This document shows, in pieces, positions 45,785 through 54,876 of a stretch of DNA of 64,000 nt. The stretch is taken from positions 394 through 64,393 of the forward strand of contig CAYTVV010000004.1 in NCBI GenBank assembly GCA_964441875.1, written 5' to 3'. Each line of letters starts with the position of its first letter. The stretch's first letter is position 1. Under the pieces are notes generated by a model. It saw nothing but the letters and a program-made list of their open reading frames with translations. It was not told the DNA's origin and searched no databases. A program made the position numbers and the translations under genes. This DNA comes from an uncultured Desulfurivibrio sp. GTDB taxonomy: Bacteria; Desulfobacterota; Desulfobulbia; Desulfobulbales; Desulfurivibrionaceae.

Positions 45785-45942
45785 CACCAGGTCTTCTGAC
45801 TTTCGGATCGTCTGCTGGTCGGCGGTCTTCCCCCCACAGTGATACGCTCTGGGAGTGACCGGGAAATTCCCTGTGCTGACCAGCATCCCCGATTACAGCG
45901 GCGGGACCGCCACGGATTTACACCGTGTTCCGGGATGATGAA
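45785..45942 (-). promoter_or_regulatory. Cobalamin (B12) riboswitch aptamer
   Basis: Minus strand reads GGUGUAAAUCCGUGGCGGUCCCGCCGCUGUAA ... AUCACUGUGGGGGGAAGACC ... B12 box AAGUCAGAAGACCUGG. Order and spacing are as in Rfam RF00174 members. Confidence 0.8.
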
Positions 45943-45961
45943 ATGCTTATTCTTTTTTGCT

Positions 45962-45990
45962 TTTAAACCCTTTTTCCCCTGGCTTGTCAA
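45962..45990 (-). promoter_or_regulatory. Sigma-70-like promoter for the riboswitch transcript
   Basis: Minus strand reads TTGACA-N17-TTTAAA, ending about 20 nt upstream of the aptamer. Confidence 0.45.
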
Positions 45991-46147
45991 GTGGGGCGGT
46001 GACGAATTTCAGGAATGAAAAAGCGGGTATCCGTATTTGTTTTTTTGAAAAGGTTTGGGGTATACGCCCACGGCGGGAAAGCGGTCCATTTCCCTCTCAT
46101 CTCGGGGAGCAATTGGCTTTAAATCGGGACAAAATCGTAAGCCGTCC

Positions 46148-46176
46148 TTGACTGTGACCCGAAAGTTGGTTATTTT
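46148..46176 (+). promoter_or_regulatory. Sigma-70-like promoter for tRNA-Leu
   Basis: TTGACT-N17-TATTTT. The tRNA 5' end lies 12 nt downstream. Confidence 0.4.
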
Positions 46177-46187
46177 TCCATGTTCAA

Positions 46188-46271
46188 GCGAGAGTGGCGG
46201 AATTGGTAGACGCACTGGTCTTAGGAACCAGCGCCTTTGGTATGGGGGTTCGACTCCCCCCTCTCGCACCA
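46188..46271 (+). tRNA. tRNA-Leu (anticodon TAG)
   Basis: Acceptor GCGAGAG/CTCTCGC, anticodon loop CTTAGGA, long variable arm, T-loop GTTCGACTC, encoded CCA. Confidence 0.9.
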
Positions 46272-46407
46272 ACAAGAAAACAGCTCCGGCTCGAAGGCCG
46301 GGGTATAGGCAAATATCTCATCCATACCGTGAGGCGAAAATCTCGAAGACGTTCCTTTACGGTATGACTGTGTTGTTGAAAAAAGTTTGAAACAAGGAAG
46401 GTGTTGC

Positions 46408-47703
46408 ATGCAGATCAATGTCGAAGATGTCAGCCCGCTTACCAGAAAAATGACTATCACCCTGCCGGAAGCCCAGGTTGCCCAGGAGTTGGAGTCCGCC
46501 TATAAGAAACTGAACTCTGAAGTTTCACTGAAGGGGTTTCGCAAGGGGAAGGTGCCCCGTCAGGTGCTGGAAAAAAATTATCGGCCAAAGATTGAGTATG
46601 ACTTGGCGGAGAAGTTGATCCAGGATACCTATTTTGACGCCCTTGAGAAAAGCAAGATCGACGCGGTTGTGCATCCGGATATCCGTGAACAGAAATTTGC
46701 CGAGAACGGCACCTTTGTCTACACTGCGGAGGTGGATGTTCGGCCCCAGTTCGAATTGGCTGAGTATAAGGGCCTTGAGATCGAACAGGCCGCGCTTGAG
46801 GTGACGGACGAGGAGATTTCCCAGGAGCTTGAGGTGCTGCGCAAGCAGATGGCTCCCCTGCAAAGCGTTGAAGACCGCGCCATTGAGGCCGGGCACTTGG
46901 CGGTGGTTGATTTTCAGGGGTACCATAACGGCAACCCCCTCAAACAGGTGGTTGGAGAAAATTATTCGGTTGAGGTGGGGAGCGGCCAGAACGGAAACGA
47001 GTTTGAAGAAAAACTTCTTGGCCTGAAAAAAGGCGAGGAAACTTCTCAGGAGATAGATTTTCCGGCAAACTTCGCCAATCCGATCCTGGCAGGCAAGAAG
47101 GTGGAGTTCAAGCTCAATGTCAAGGATGTCAAGGAACGGCTGCTGCCTGCTCTTGATGACGAATTCGCCAAGGAAGTGGGCGAGGACTTTGCCAGCCTGG
47201 AGGCGCTCAAGTCCCATATCCGTGAAAAAAAGCTACAGGCCAAGAAGGACGCCCAGCGTGGCGATCTCACCGATAAGTTGATGCGGGTATTGATCGAAAA
47301 CCATGATTTTGAGATTCCGCCTCGGCTGGTGGCCTATGAAATAGAGGCCATGATCAAGGAGCTTGAAAGCAACCTGGAACGGCAGGGGATGACTCTGGAA
47401 GCTGCCGGGTTCAATCGGGACGCCCTGATTGAGCAATATAAGCTTGCGGCGCAGGCACGGGTCAAGGGCGATTTCCTTTTGAAGAAGGTCGCGGAAAAGG
47501 AAGGGCTCAAGCTGGAAAATGAAGACATCGACAAAGGCTTTAAACGCATCTCCGAACAGTACAACATGCCGGTCAGCGAAGTGAAAAAATATTTTTCCAG
47601 CCGGGATGACCTGCTGCCGTTCATGGCGGAGCTGCTGAACGAAAAAATCTTAAGTTTTCTGCTTGACGCAGCCAAGATGAAAACCGTGCCGGCTGCTGCC
47701 TAG
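46408..47703 (+). CDS. tig: Trigger factor
   Basis: MQINVEDVSPLTRKMTITLP...GFRKGKVPRQVLEK. AAGGAAGG SD. Confidence 0.9.
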   Translation: MQINVEDVSPLTRKMTITLPEAQVAQELESAYKKLNSEVSLKGFRKGKVPRQVLEKNYRPKIEYDLAEKLIQDTYFDALEKSKIDAVVHPDIREQKFAENGTFVYTAEVDVRPQFELAEYKGLEIEQAALEVTDEEISQELEVLRKQMAPLQSVEDRAIEAGHLAVVDFQGYHNGNPLKQVVGENYSVEVGSGQNGNEFEEKLLGLKKGEETSQEIDFPANFANPILAGKKVEFKLNVKDVKERLLPALDDEFAKEVGEDFASLEALKSHIREKKLQAKKDAQRGDLTDKLMRVLIENHDFEIPPRLVAYEIEAMIKELESNLERQGMTLEAAGFNRDALIEQYKLAAQARVKGDFLLKKVAEKEGLKLENEDIDKGFKRISEQYNMPVSEVKKYFSSRDDLLPFMAELLNEKILSFLLDAAKMKTVPAAA

Positions 47704-47744
47704 GGTGTAAGTGATCCCCAGTAACTTCTTGAAGGAGTAAGTGT

Positions 47745-48365
47745 ATGAATCTCGTCCCCATGGTTGTTGAGCAGAGTCCCCGCGGAGAGCGGGCCTATGA
47801 TATCTATTCCCGGCTGTTGAAAGAACGGATTATTTTTTTGGGTTCGGCCATAAATGACGATATAGCCAATATCATCATCGCCCAGATCCTTTTTCTGGAA
47901 GCCGATGATCCGGACAAGGATATCACCTTTTATATCAACTCTCCTGGGGGAGTCGTGACGGCCGGCATGGCTATTTATGATACAATGCACTATGTGAAGT
48001 GTGATATCGCCACCCTGTGCATGGGGCAGGCGGCCAGCATGGGCGCAGTGCTTCTCGCCGCCGGGACGGAGGGGAAACGGTATGCGTTGCCGAACTCCCG
48101 GATCATGCTGCACCAACCCATGGGTGGTTTTCAGGGGCAGGCCAGCGATATTGATATCCACGCCAAGGAGATTTTGCGGATGCGGCAGGCCCTAAACGCC
48201 ATTTTGGCGCATCATACCAAGCAAAAAATCAAGAAGATTCAAGTTGACACAGACCGGGATTTTTTCATGGGCGCCGACGAAGCCAAGGCCTATGGCGTAA
48301 TTGACAAGGTGCTGGTGAAGCGGACGAATCCTGAAGAGGAGAAAGGTCATGGCAAAAGATCATAA
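47745..48365 (+). CDS. clpP: ATP-dependent Clp protease proteolytic subunit
   Basis: [29 protein letters not shown] (active Ser), MLHQPMGG. Confidence 0.95.
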   Translation: MNLVPMVVEQSPRGERAYDIYSRLLKERIIFLGSAINDDIANIIIAQILFLEADDPDKDITFYINSPGGVVTAGMAIYDTMHYVKCDIATLCMGQAASMGAVLLAAGTEGKRYALPNSRIMLHQPMGGFQGQASDIDIHAKEILRMRQALNAILAHHTKQKIKKIQVDTDRDFFMGADEAKAYGVIDKVLVKRTNPEEEKGHGKRS

Positions 48366-49614
48366 CGGCGAAGTGGAAGTGACCTGTTCCTTTTGCGGCA
48401 AAAGCCAGGATGAGGTCAAGAAGCTGATCGCCGGGCCGACGGTGTATATCTGCAACGAGTGCATAGACCTGTGCAATGAGATTGTCACCGAGGATCGGCA
48501 GCAGGCGCTGGAATCGCAACTGGAGGCCTCGACCCTCAAGCCCCATGACATCAAGGCCCACCTTGATGAGTATGTGATCGGTCAGGACAAGGCCAAGAAG
48601 GTTCTCGCGGTGGCGGTGCACAACCATTATAAGCGGATAGAGGCTCAGAGCAGCACCGACGGTAGCGATGTCGAATTGCAGAAAAGCAATATCCTGCTGG
48701 TCGGCCCGACCGGCTGCGGCAAGACGCTTTTGGCCCAGACCCTGGCGAAGATTCTTAATGTCCCCTTTGCCATGGCCGATGCCACCACTCTGACCGAAGC
48801 AGGTTATGTCGGCGAAGATGTGGAGAATATTCTGGTTAACCTGCTTCAGGCTGCGGATCACGATATCCAACGGGCCAGTCGCGGCATCATCTATATCGAT
48901 GAAATCGACAAGATCGCCCGGAAATCAGACAGCGCTTCCATTACCCGCGATGTCTCCGGCGAAGGGGTGCAGCAGGCCCTGCTGAAGATCATCGAGGGGA
49001 CTGTGGCCAGTGTTCCCCCCAAGGGCGGGCGTAAGCATCCCCAGCAGGAATATATCAAGATCGATACCACCAATATTCTCTTTATCTGCGGCGGGGCCTT
49101 TGTCGGACTTGATGGCGTGATCAAGCAGCGGACCGGCACCAAGTCCATCGGGTTTGGGGCCAAGGTTGTCGGCAAGCCTAAGAAGACGGTGGGGGATATC
49201 CTCGCCCAGGTTCAGTCGGAAGACCTGCTGCGTTTTGGCCTGATTCCCGAGTTGGTTGGTCGCTTGCCCGTGGTGGCGACCATGGAAGAACTGGATGAAG
49301 AGGATATGATTCGTGTTCTCCGTACGCCAAAGAATGCGCTGACCAAGCAGTATGAGCGTCTTTTTGCCTTTGACAATATCCGATTGCGCTTCACCGAGGG
49401 CGCGCTCAAGGCCATCGCCCAGCAGGCGATCAAGAGAAAGTCCGGAGCGCGAGGCTTGAGAACGGTCATGGAGCAGGCAATGCTTGACATTATGTACGAA
49501 TTGCCTTCCAAGGAAAATGTGCGGGAATGCGTGATCAGCGAGCAGGTGGTGCTGAACGGCGATTATCCGGTGATTTTGTACGATAACGACGCAGAAACAA
49601 AGAAAAGCGCTTGA
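48349..49614 (+). CDS. clpX: ATP-dependent Clp protease ATP-binding subunit ClpX
   Basis: Zn finger CSFCGK..CNEC, Walker [18 protein letters not shown]. Confidence 0.95.
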   Translation: MAKDHNGEVEVTCSFCGKSQDEVKKLIAGPTVYICNECIDLCNEIVTEDRQQALESQLEASTLKPHDIKAHLDEYVIGQDKAKKVLAVAVHNHYKRIEAQSSTDGSDVELQKSNILLVGPTGCGKTLLAQTLAKILNVPFAMADATTLTEAGYVGEDVENILVNLLQAADHDIQRASRGIIYIDEIDKIARKSDSASITRDVSGEGVQQALLKIIEGTVASVPPKGGRKHPQQEYIKIDTTNILFICGGAFVGLDGVIKQRTGTKSIGFGAKVVGKPKKTVGDILAQVQSEDLLRFGLIPELVGRLPVVATMEELDEEDMIRVLRTPKNALTKQYERLFAFDNIRLRFTEGALKAIAQQAIKRKSGARGLRTVMEQAMLDIMYELPSKENVRECVISEQVVLNGDYPVILYDNDAETKKSA

Positions 49615-49658
49615 GTCGTCGAGCAGTTAATTAACCCAGCAAGGGTGTATTCAACATT

Positions 49659-52070
49659 ATGGTTGAGTCTGATTCCGAACAGAAAATTGCCTATCCGATG
49701 ATGCCCTTGCGGGACATCGTGATCTTCCCCTATATGGTGGCGCCGTTGGTGGTTGGCCGGGAGCGCTCCATAAAGGCCCTTGAAGAGGCGATGGCCAAGC
49801 GCTCGGAGATTTTTCTCGTAACGCAGAAAGACGCGGCCGAGGATGATCCAACCGAGGAGAGCGTGCATGCGGTGGGCACCATTGCCACGGTCATGCAACT
49901 GCTCCGTCTGCCGGATGGCACGATCAAGGCCCTGGTCGAAGGCAAAAGAAGGGGCCGGATCGTAAAGCATCTGTCCAATCCCGACTATTTTGTTGTGCAG
50001 CTTGATGGTGAAGAGGCAGAGGACGAGGGCGGTCTTGAAGCAACCGCCTATGTGCGGGAGATCCAGACAAGCTTCAAGGAGTACGTCAAATACAACAAAA
50101 AGGTGCCGGCCGAGGTTATCAAATCCTTGGCCCGCATTGAAAGACCCGCAAAATTTGTCGATGTTCTGGCCGCGCATCTGCCCCTGAATGTGCAGGAAAA
50201 ACAGGGTATCCTGGCAAATTTTTCCGTTGTTGCGCGGCTGGAACAGGTATTGACCCTTATCCATAAGGAAATTGAGATCGCCGAGCTTGAGGAGATTATC
50301 CGGGCCAGGGTGAAGAAAAAAATGGATAAGACCCAGAAGGATTACTTTCTGGCGGAGCAACTTCGCGCCATTCAGAAAGAGATGGGGAGCGCCGAGGATG
50401 CTTCTTCCGAGCTTGAGGCGCTGGACAAGGCGATACAGGAGAAAAATCTCCCCGAGGCGGCTCGCGCTAAGTTGGAGCAGGAATTTAAAAAGCTGAAGAT
50501 GATGCCTGCCATGTCGGCTGAGGCCACGGTGGTCCGCAATTATATCGACTGTATCCTTAGCCTGCCCTGGCGGGAAAAAACCGAAGAGAAGATCGATATC
50601 CTGGCGGCCGAGGAAATCCTGGCCCAGGACCACCATGGGCTATTGAAGCCCAAGGAGCGGATACTTGAATACCTTGCCGTGCAGGCCCAGGTAGAGAAAA
50701 TCAAGGGGCCGATTCTCTGCCTGGTTGGTCCGCCCGGAGTTGGGAAGACCTCATTGTGCAAGTCTTTGGCCCGCGCCATGGGGCGCAAATTTGTCCGGCT
50801 CTCTCTCGGTGGGGTTCGTGACGAGGCGGAGATCCGCGGGCATCGGCGTACCTATATCGGGGCCTTGCCGGGCAAGATTATTCAGTCCATGCAGAAGGCG
50901 AAGGTGGTGAATCCGGTTATCTGCCTTGACGAGGTGGACAAGATGAGCATGGATTTCCGGGGGGATCCTTCTTCCGCTCTGCTGGAGGTGTTGGACCCGG
51001 AACAGAATGTCGCTTTCAATGATCATTATCTTGATCTCGACTATGATTTGTCCGGGGTTTTTTTCGTGACCACCGCCAACAATCTGCATGCCATCCCTGC
51101 TCCGCTTCAAGATCGGATGGAGATAATCAAGCTCAATGGCTATACGGAAGAGGACAAACTGAACATCGCTCAGGGCTTTTTGGTGCCGAAACAACTGGAG
51201 GCCAACGGCTTTGGGCCAGAGGACATCACCTTCAACGATGGGGCGATTCTTGAGATTATCCGGAGATACACCCGGGAGGCAGGGGTTAGGAATCTTGAGC
51301 GCAGCATTGCCTCGGTCTGTCGTAAGGTGGCTCGGGACCGACAAAAGAAAAAAACGGAAAAACGATACCGGCTGAACGATGCCGCCATCGCCAAGTATCT
51401 GGGCGGGGTCAGGTACCGTTTCGGCCTGGCCGAGGAACGGGATAAGGTGGGGCTTACCACCGGTCTGGCCTGGACCGAGGTGGGAGGCGAGTTGCTACAG
51501 ATCGAAACGGCCTTGATGCCTGGAAAAGGGAATCTGACCGTGACCGGCAAGCTTGGCGACGTCATGCAGGAATCCGCCCAGGCGGCTTTGAGTTATGTGC
51601 GGACCCGTGCCTTGCAGCTTGGCCTGTTGCCCGATTTTTATCAGAAGCTTGATATCCATATCCATGTGCCGGAAGGGGCCATTCCCAAGGATGGGCCGTC
51701 TGCCGGGATTACCATGGCGACCTCGATGGTTTCCGCCTTGCTCAAACTTCCGGTCCGGCGGGATATCGCCATGACCGGCGAAATTACCCTGCGGGGCCGA
51801 ATCTTGCCCATTGGTGGACTCACCGAAAAACTTCTTGCTGCGCGACGGGGGAATATCAAGCATGTTCTGATTCCTCGGGAAAATGAAGCGGATCTTAACG
51901 AGATACCGGCAAAGATACTCAAGGGACTCACCGTGGAATTGGTTGAGCATGTGGACGAGGTGCTGGCCAAGGCCTTGGTGCTCCAGGAGGGGGAGATTCT
52001 TTTTAAGGATATTCCCTTTGGCGACTTTGGCGTGGAAGGTGTGCTTCCCTCCCGCAATGTGGCTCATTAG
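49659..52070 (+). CDS. lon: Lon protease
   Basis: LON N-domain PLRDIVIFP, Walker [10 protein letters not shown], catalytic [11 protein letters not shown]. Confidence 0.95.
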   Translation: MVESDSEQKIAYPMMPLRDIVIFPYMVAPLVVGRERSIKALEEAMAKRSEIFLVTQKDAAEDDPTEESVHAVGTIATVMQLLRLPDGTIKALVEGKRRGRIVKHLSNPDYFVVQLDGEEAEDEGGLEATAYVREIQTSFKEYVKYNKKVPAEVIKSLARIERPAKFVDVLAAHLPLNVQEKQGILANFSVVARLEQVLTLIHKEIEIAELEEIIRARVKKKMDKTQKDYFLAEQLRAIQKEMGSAEDASSELEALDKAIQEKNLPEAARAKLEQEFKKLKMMPAMSAEATVVRNYIDCILSLPWREKTEEKIDILAAEEILAQDHHGLLKPKERILEYLAVQAQVEKIKGPILCLVGPPGVGKTSLCKSLARAMGRKFVRLSLGGVRDEAEIRGHRRTYIGALPGKIIQSMQKAKVVNPVICLDEVDKMSMDFRGDPSSALLEVLDPEQNVAFNDHYLDLDYDLSGVFFVTTANNLHAIPAPLQDRMEIIKLNGYTEEDKLNIAQGFLVPKQLEANGFGPEDITFNDGAILEIIRRYTREAGVRNLERSIASVCRKVARDRQKKKTEKRYRLNDAAIAKYLGGVRYRFGLAEERDKVGLTTGLAWTEVGGELLQIETALMPGKGNLTVTGKLGDVMQESAQAALSYVRTRALQLGLLPDFYQKLDIHIHVPEGAIPKDGPSAGITMATSMVSALLKLPVRRDIAMTGEITLRGRILPIGGLTEKLLAARRGNIKHVLIPRENEADLNEIPAKILKGLTVELVEHVDEVLAKALVLQEGEILFKDIPFGDFGVEGVLPSRNVAH

Positions 52071-52135
52071 GAGAAGAGAACTTTGCTCGCAGACAGGCAA
52101 AGGATTTTTCAGCATAGTCTGCGACTTTTATTTTT

Positions 52136-52181
52136 TTGAAACCGCAGATAAACGAAGATTTCGAAAAGCCGCGATTGCAAC
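52136..52181 (+). repeat. Family-3 intergenic repeat
   Basis: TTGAAACCGCAGATAAACGAAGATTTCGAAAAGCCGCGATTGCAAC. Matches the reverse complement of 42383-42428. Confidence 0.7.
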
Positions 52182-52326
52182 ACTGGCACTTTGTAACAAT
52201 TTTGAATTGTGTGTCGCGGACCTTTGCCCTCGTTCCTTTTCACAAGCGCATCATTTTTGGAATGGGGTAAGTTTTTTGCTTGACGGATGTGGGGTGGCAA
52301 GGGTATATCTTGCCACACTTCATGTG

Positions 52327-52402
52327 GGGCGAATAGCTCAGCTGGGAGAGCATCGGCCTTACAAGCCGAGGGTCACAGGTTCGATCCCTGTTTCGCCCAC
52401 CA
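52327..52402 (+). tRNA. tRNA-Val (anticodon TAC)
   Basis: Acceptor GGGCGAA/TTCGCCC, anticodon loop CTTACAA, T-loop TTCGATC, encoded CCA. Confidence 0.9.
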
Positions 52403-52408
52403 CAAAGA

Positions 52409-52485
52409 GGAGTGGTAGTTCAGTTGGTTAGAATACCGGCCTGTCACGCCGGGGGTCGCGGGTTCGAGCCCCGTCCACTCCGCCA
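52409..52485 (+). tRNA. tRNA-Asp (anticodon GTC)
   Basis: Acceptor GGAGTGG/CCACTCC, anticodon loop CTGTCAC, T-loop TTCGAGC, encoded CCA. Confidence 0.9.
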
Positions 52486-52497
52486 AAAAAAGAAATC

Positions 52498-52533
52498 AAG
52501 GGATTAGCCATTACAGCTAATCCCTTTTTTTTT
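52498..52533 (+). terminator. Rho-independent terminator after the tRNA pair
   Basis: AAGGGATTAGC-cattaca-GCTAATCCCTT followed by a T-run. Confidence 0.8.
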
Positions 52534-52664
52534 AATTTGTTTTCCGGTTTTCTTTGGAGCAAATGCTTGACACCGCCTGCACCCCATGAGTAACATTGAT
52601 GCTTTATGGGATGTTCGGTCCCATGCGAAAGCATGAAGTTTGCCATTCGTCTTTGTTGTGACGC

Positions 52665-53480
52665 ATGAGCAAACTCACACAAGAGGATTTTATGATCCGT
52701 TACCTGGAGAAAATAGGGAAAAATACCATGTGGTCCTTAGAAGATTTGGGGCGCATGGGGGCTTTTCTGTTTTTTGGTCTGGGTGGCGTTTTCAAAAGAC
52801 CGTTTCGATTTTCTGCCATGATCCGACAGGTCCGCCTGATCGGAGCCAATTCCTTCTGGGTTATATTCTTTATCGCTGGCTTCACCGGGATGGTCCTTGG
52901 GTTGCAGGGGTATTACACTTTGCGTAAGTTTGGCTCGGAAGGCGCCTTGGGCTCGGCGGTTTCTCTTTCCTTGATCCGTGAGCTTGGCCCTGTTTTGACG
53001 GCCCTGATGGTTACCGGGCGGGCTGGCTCGGCAATGTGCGCCGAAATCGGGATCATGCGCAATACAGAACAGCTTGATGCTCTGGAATGCATGGCCATCG
53101 ATCCTTTCCGTTATCTTATCACCCCAAAGTTTCTTGCCACGCTGATCTCCGTTCCGATCCTTACTCTGTTTTTTAATGTTGTCGGCATATTCGGCGGGTA
53201 CATTGCCGGATGCGGCTTGTTAGGGGTCAATCCCGGCGCGTATTGGTCTGGCATGGAACAGAGCGTTGTGAATCAGGATATAAACATGGGCATCATAAAA
53301 TCTTTTGTTTTTGCCCTGGTGATTGTCTGGGTGTGCGCGGGGAGAGGGTATTTTGTTCACGTTATCAAGGGGGCTGGTTTTGGCGCCGAGGGCGTGAGCA
53401 AGGTGACAACGCAGGCTGTTGTTCTCTCGTCCATTGCAATTCTCATCTGGGATTATCTGCTTACGGCGATACTGCTATGA
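52665..53480 (+). CDS. mlaE: Phospholipid ABC transporter permease MlaE
   Basis: Typical MlaE blocks IRELGPVLTALMVTGRAGSAM.AEIG.MR..EQ.DAL..M. Five or six TM segments. Confidence 0.85.
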   Translation: MSKLTQEDFMIRYLEKIGKNTMWSLEDLGRMGAFLFFGLGGVFKRPFRFSAMIRQVRLIGANSFWVIFFIAGFTGMVLGLQGYYTLRKFGSEGALGSAVSLSLIRELGPVLTALMVTGRAGSAMCAEIGIMRNTEQLDALECMAIDPFRYLITPKFLATLISVPILTLFFNVVGIFGGYIAGCGLLGVNPGAYWSGMEQSVVNQDINMGIIKSFVFALVIVWVCAGRGYFVHVIKGAGFGAEGVSKVTTQAVVLSSIAILIWDYLLTAILL

Positions 53481-54253
53481 ATCAAGTGGCTATCGAATTT
53501 AAAGATGTTGTGAAAACATTTGGTTCGCAGACTGTTCTCGACAGGGTGAACCTAACGATCAGTTCTGGCAAAACCACGGTTATCGCCGGGCCGAGCGGCC
53601 AGGGAAAGAGCGTGACCATGAAGCTCATTTTGGGGCTGTTGCGACCGGATTCCGGCCAGATTCTGGTGGATGGGCAGGATATCTCCAGAATGCGCGGCAA
53701 GGCGCTGAATGCAATTCGGACGAAATTCGGCGTCCTGTTTCAGGGGTCTGCGCTGCTTGATTCCTTGAGTGTTTTTGCCAATGTCGCTTTGCCACTTGAA
53801 GAGCGAACACGTTTGCGGAGTGAGGAGATTCGGACACGGGTTCTTGCCACTCTGGCGCAACTTGGCCTCACTGGCCATGAGGATAAATATCCAGCTCAAT
53901 TGAGCGGTGGCATGAGAAAAAGGGTGGGGCTTGCCAGGGCGTTGATGTTGCAGCCGGAAATAATGCTTTTTGACGAGCCAACCACGGGTCTTGATCCTGA
54001 AAAATCATTGGAAATTTATAAGCTTTTTCTGGAGACCCAGAAGAAATTCGGCTATACGTCAATAATAGTGAGTCACGATATTCCAAAAATCTTTAATTTG
54101 GCGGATCAGGTTATTCTGGTTAATAAAGGCAAATTTACTACCTTTGCTAGCCCTGAAGACATTCAACAGAGCGAGCTTCCTGATGTTCAGGCCTTTGTGC
54201 AGAGCACTATGGGGAAGGTGTATTTAAGCAGGGAGATGGACGAAAGAGTATGA
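53477..54253 (+). CDS. mlaF: Phospholipid ABC transporter ATP-binding protein MlaF
   Basis: I place the start at MNQVAIEF (ATGA overlap with mlaE). Walker A GPSGQGKS, signature LSGGMRKRVGLARAL, Walker B MLFDEPTTGLD. Confidence 0.85.
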   Translation: MNQVAIEFKDVVKTFGSQTVLDRVNLTISSGKTTVIAGPSGQGKSVTMKLILGLLRPDSGQILVDGQDISRMRGKALNAIRTKFGVLFQGSALLDSLSVFANVALPLEERTRLRSEEIRTRVLATLAQLGLTGHEDKYPAQLSGGMRKRVGLARALMLQPEIMLFDEPTTGLDPEKSLEIYKLFLETQKKFGYTSIIVSHDIPKIFNLADQVILVNKGKFTTFASPEDIQQSELPDVQAFVQSTMGKVYLSREMDERV

Positions 54254-54696
54254 AGAAGATAAATTTTGACGCGATTGTTGGCCTTTTCGTTCTGTCAGGG
54301 TTTCTGGCTTTTGTTTACATGTCGTTGCAGTTGGGAGAGTTCTCGGTCTTTTCCATGGAAAAAACATATTCTGTGCAGGCGAAGTTCGGGAATGTTTCCG
54401 GTCTGAAGCGCGGTGCAATTATTGAAATGGCCGGAGTGAATGTGGGCAAGGTAAGTAGCATCTCTTTGGGCGAAAATGATCAGGCCCAGGTGCAGCTTCA
54501 GATCAATAATGGGGTAAAGATTACCGATGATGCAATCGCTTCCATTAAAACCCAAGGGATTATCGGGGATAAATATATAAAGATTTCCCAGGGTGGTTCT
54601 GGAGAATTGGTGGTTGATGGCGGTTTTATCGATGAAACAGAATCGGCGGTTGACCTTGAAGAACTGGTGAGTAAGTATATTTTTGGCAAAGTCTGA
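54250..54696 (+). CDS. mlaD: MCE-domain substrate-binding protein MlaD
   Basis: N-terminal TM, then F.NVSGLK.GA.I..AGV.VGKV. ATGA overlap with mlaF. Confidence 0.8.
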   Translation: MKKINFDAIVGLFVLSGFLAFVYMSLQLGEFSVFSMEKTYSVQAKFGNVSGLKRGAIIEMAGVNVGKVSSISLGENDQAQVQLQINNGVKITDDAIASIKTQGIIGDKYIKISQGGSGELVVDGGFIDETESAVDLEELVSKYIFGKV

Positions 54697-54876
54697 TTTC
54701 GTTTGTCTTTAGGGGTGAGCGAGTTGTTGTTTAATTTCTTTTAAAAAAATACCGTATCTGGCATACAATAAAGGCGGCACTGTTTTTTTTAGCTTCCGCT
54801 TGTCTGTTCAGTTCAGTTTGGCCTGACGGATAACGATTTCTCCTGCCTTCAGCAAATTCGGTTACAGAGGACGACC

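Noticed and set aside
45990-46147. About 160-nt spacer between the divergent riboswitch and tRNA-Leu promoters, considered as a possible sRNA
   Set aside because: There is no convincing terminator, conserved structure or promoter of its own that I could see.
53210-53476. Upstream extension of the mlaF ORF (listed start 53210)
   Set aside because: The extension overlaps mlaE in another frame. The ATGA-coupled ATG at 53477 gives the canonical MNQVAIEFKDV... ABC N-terminus.
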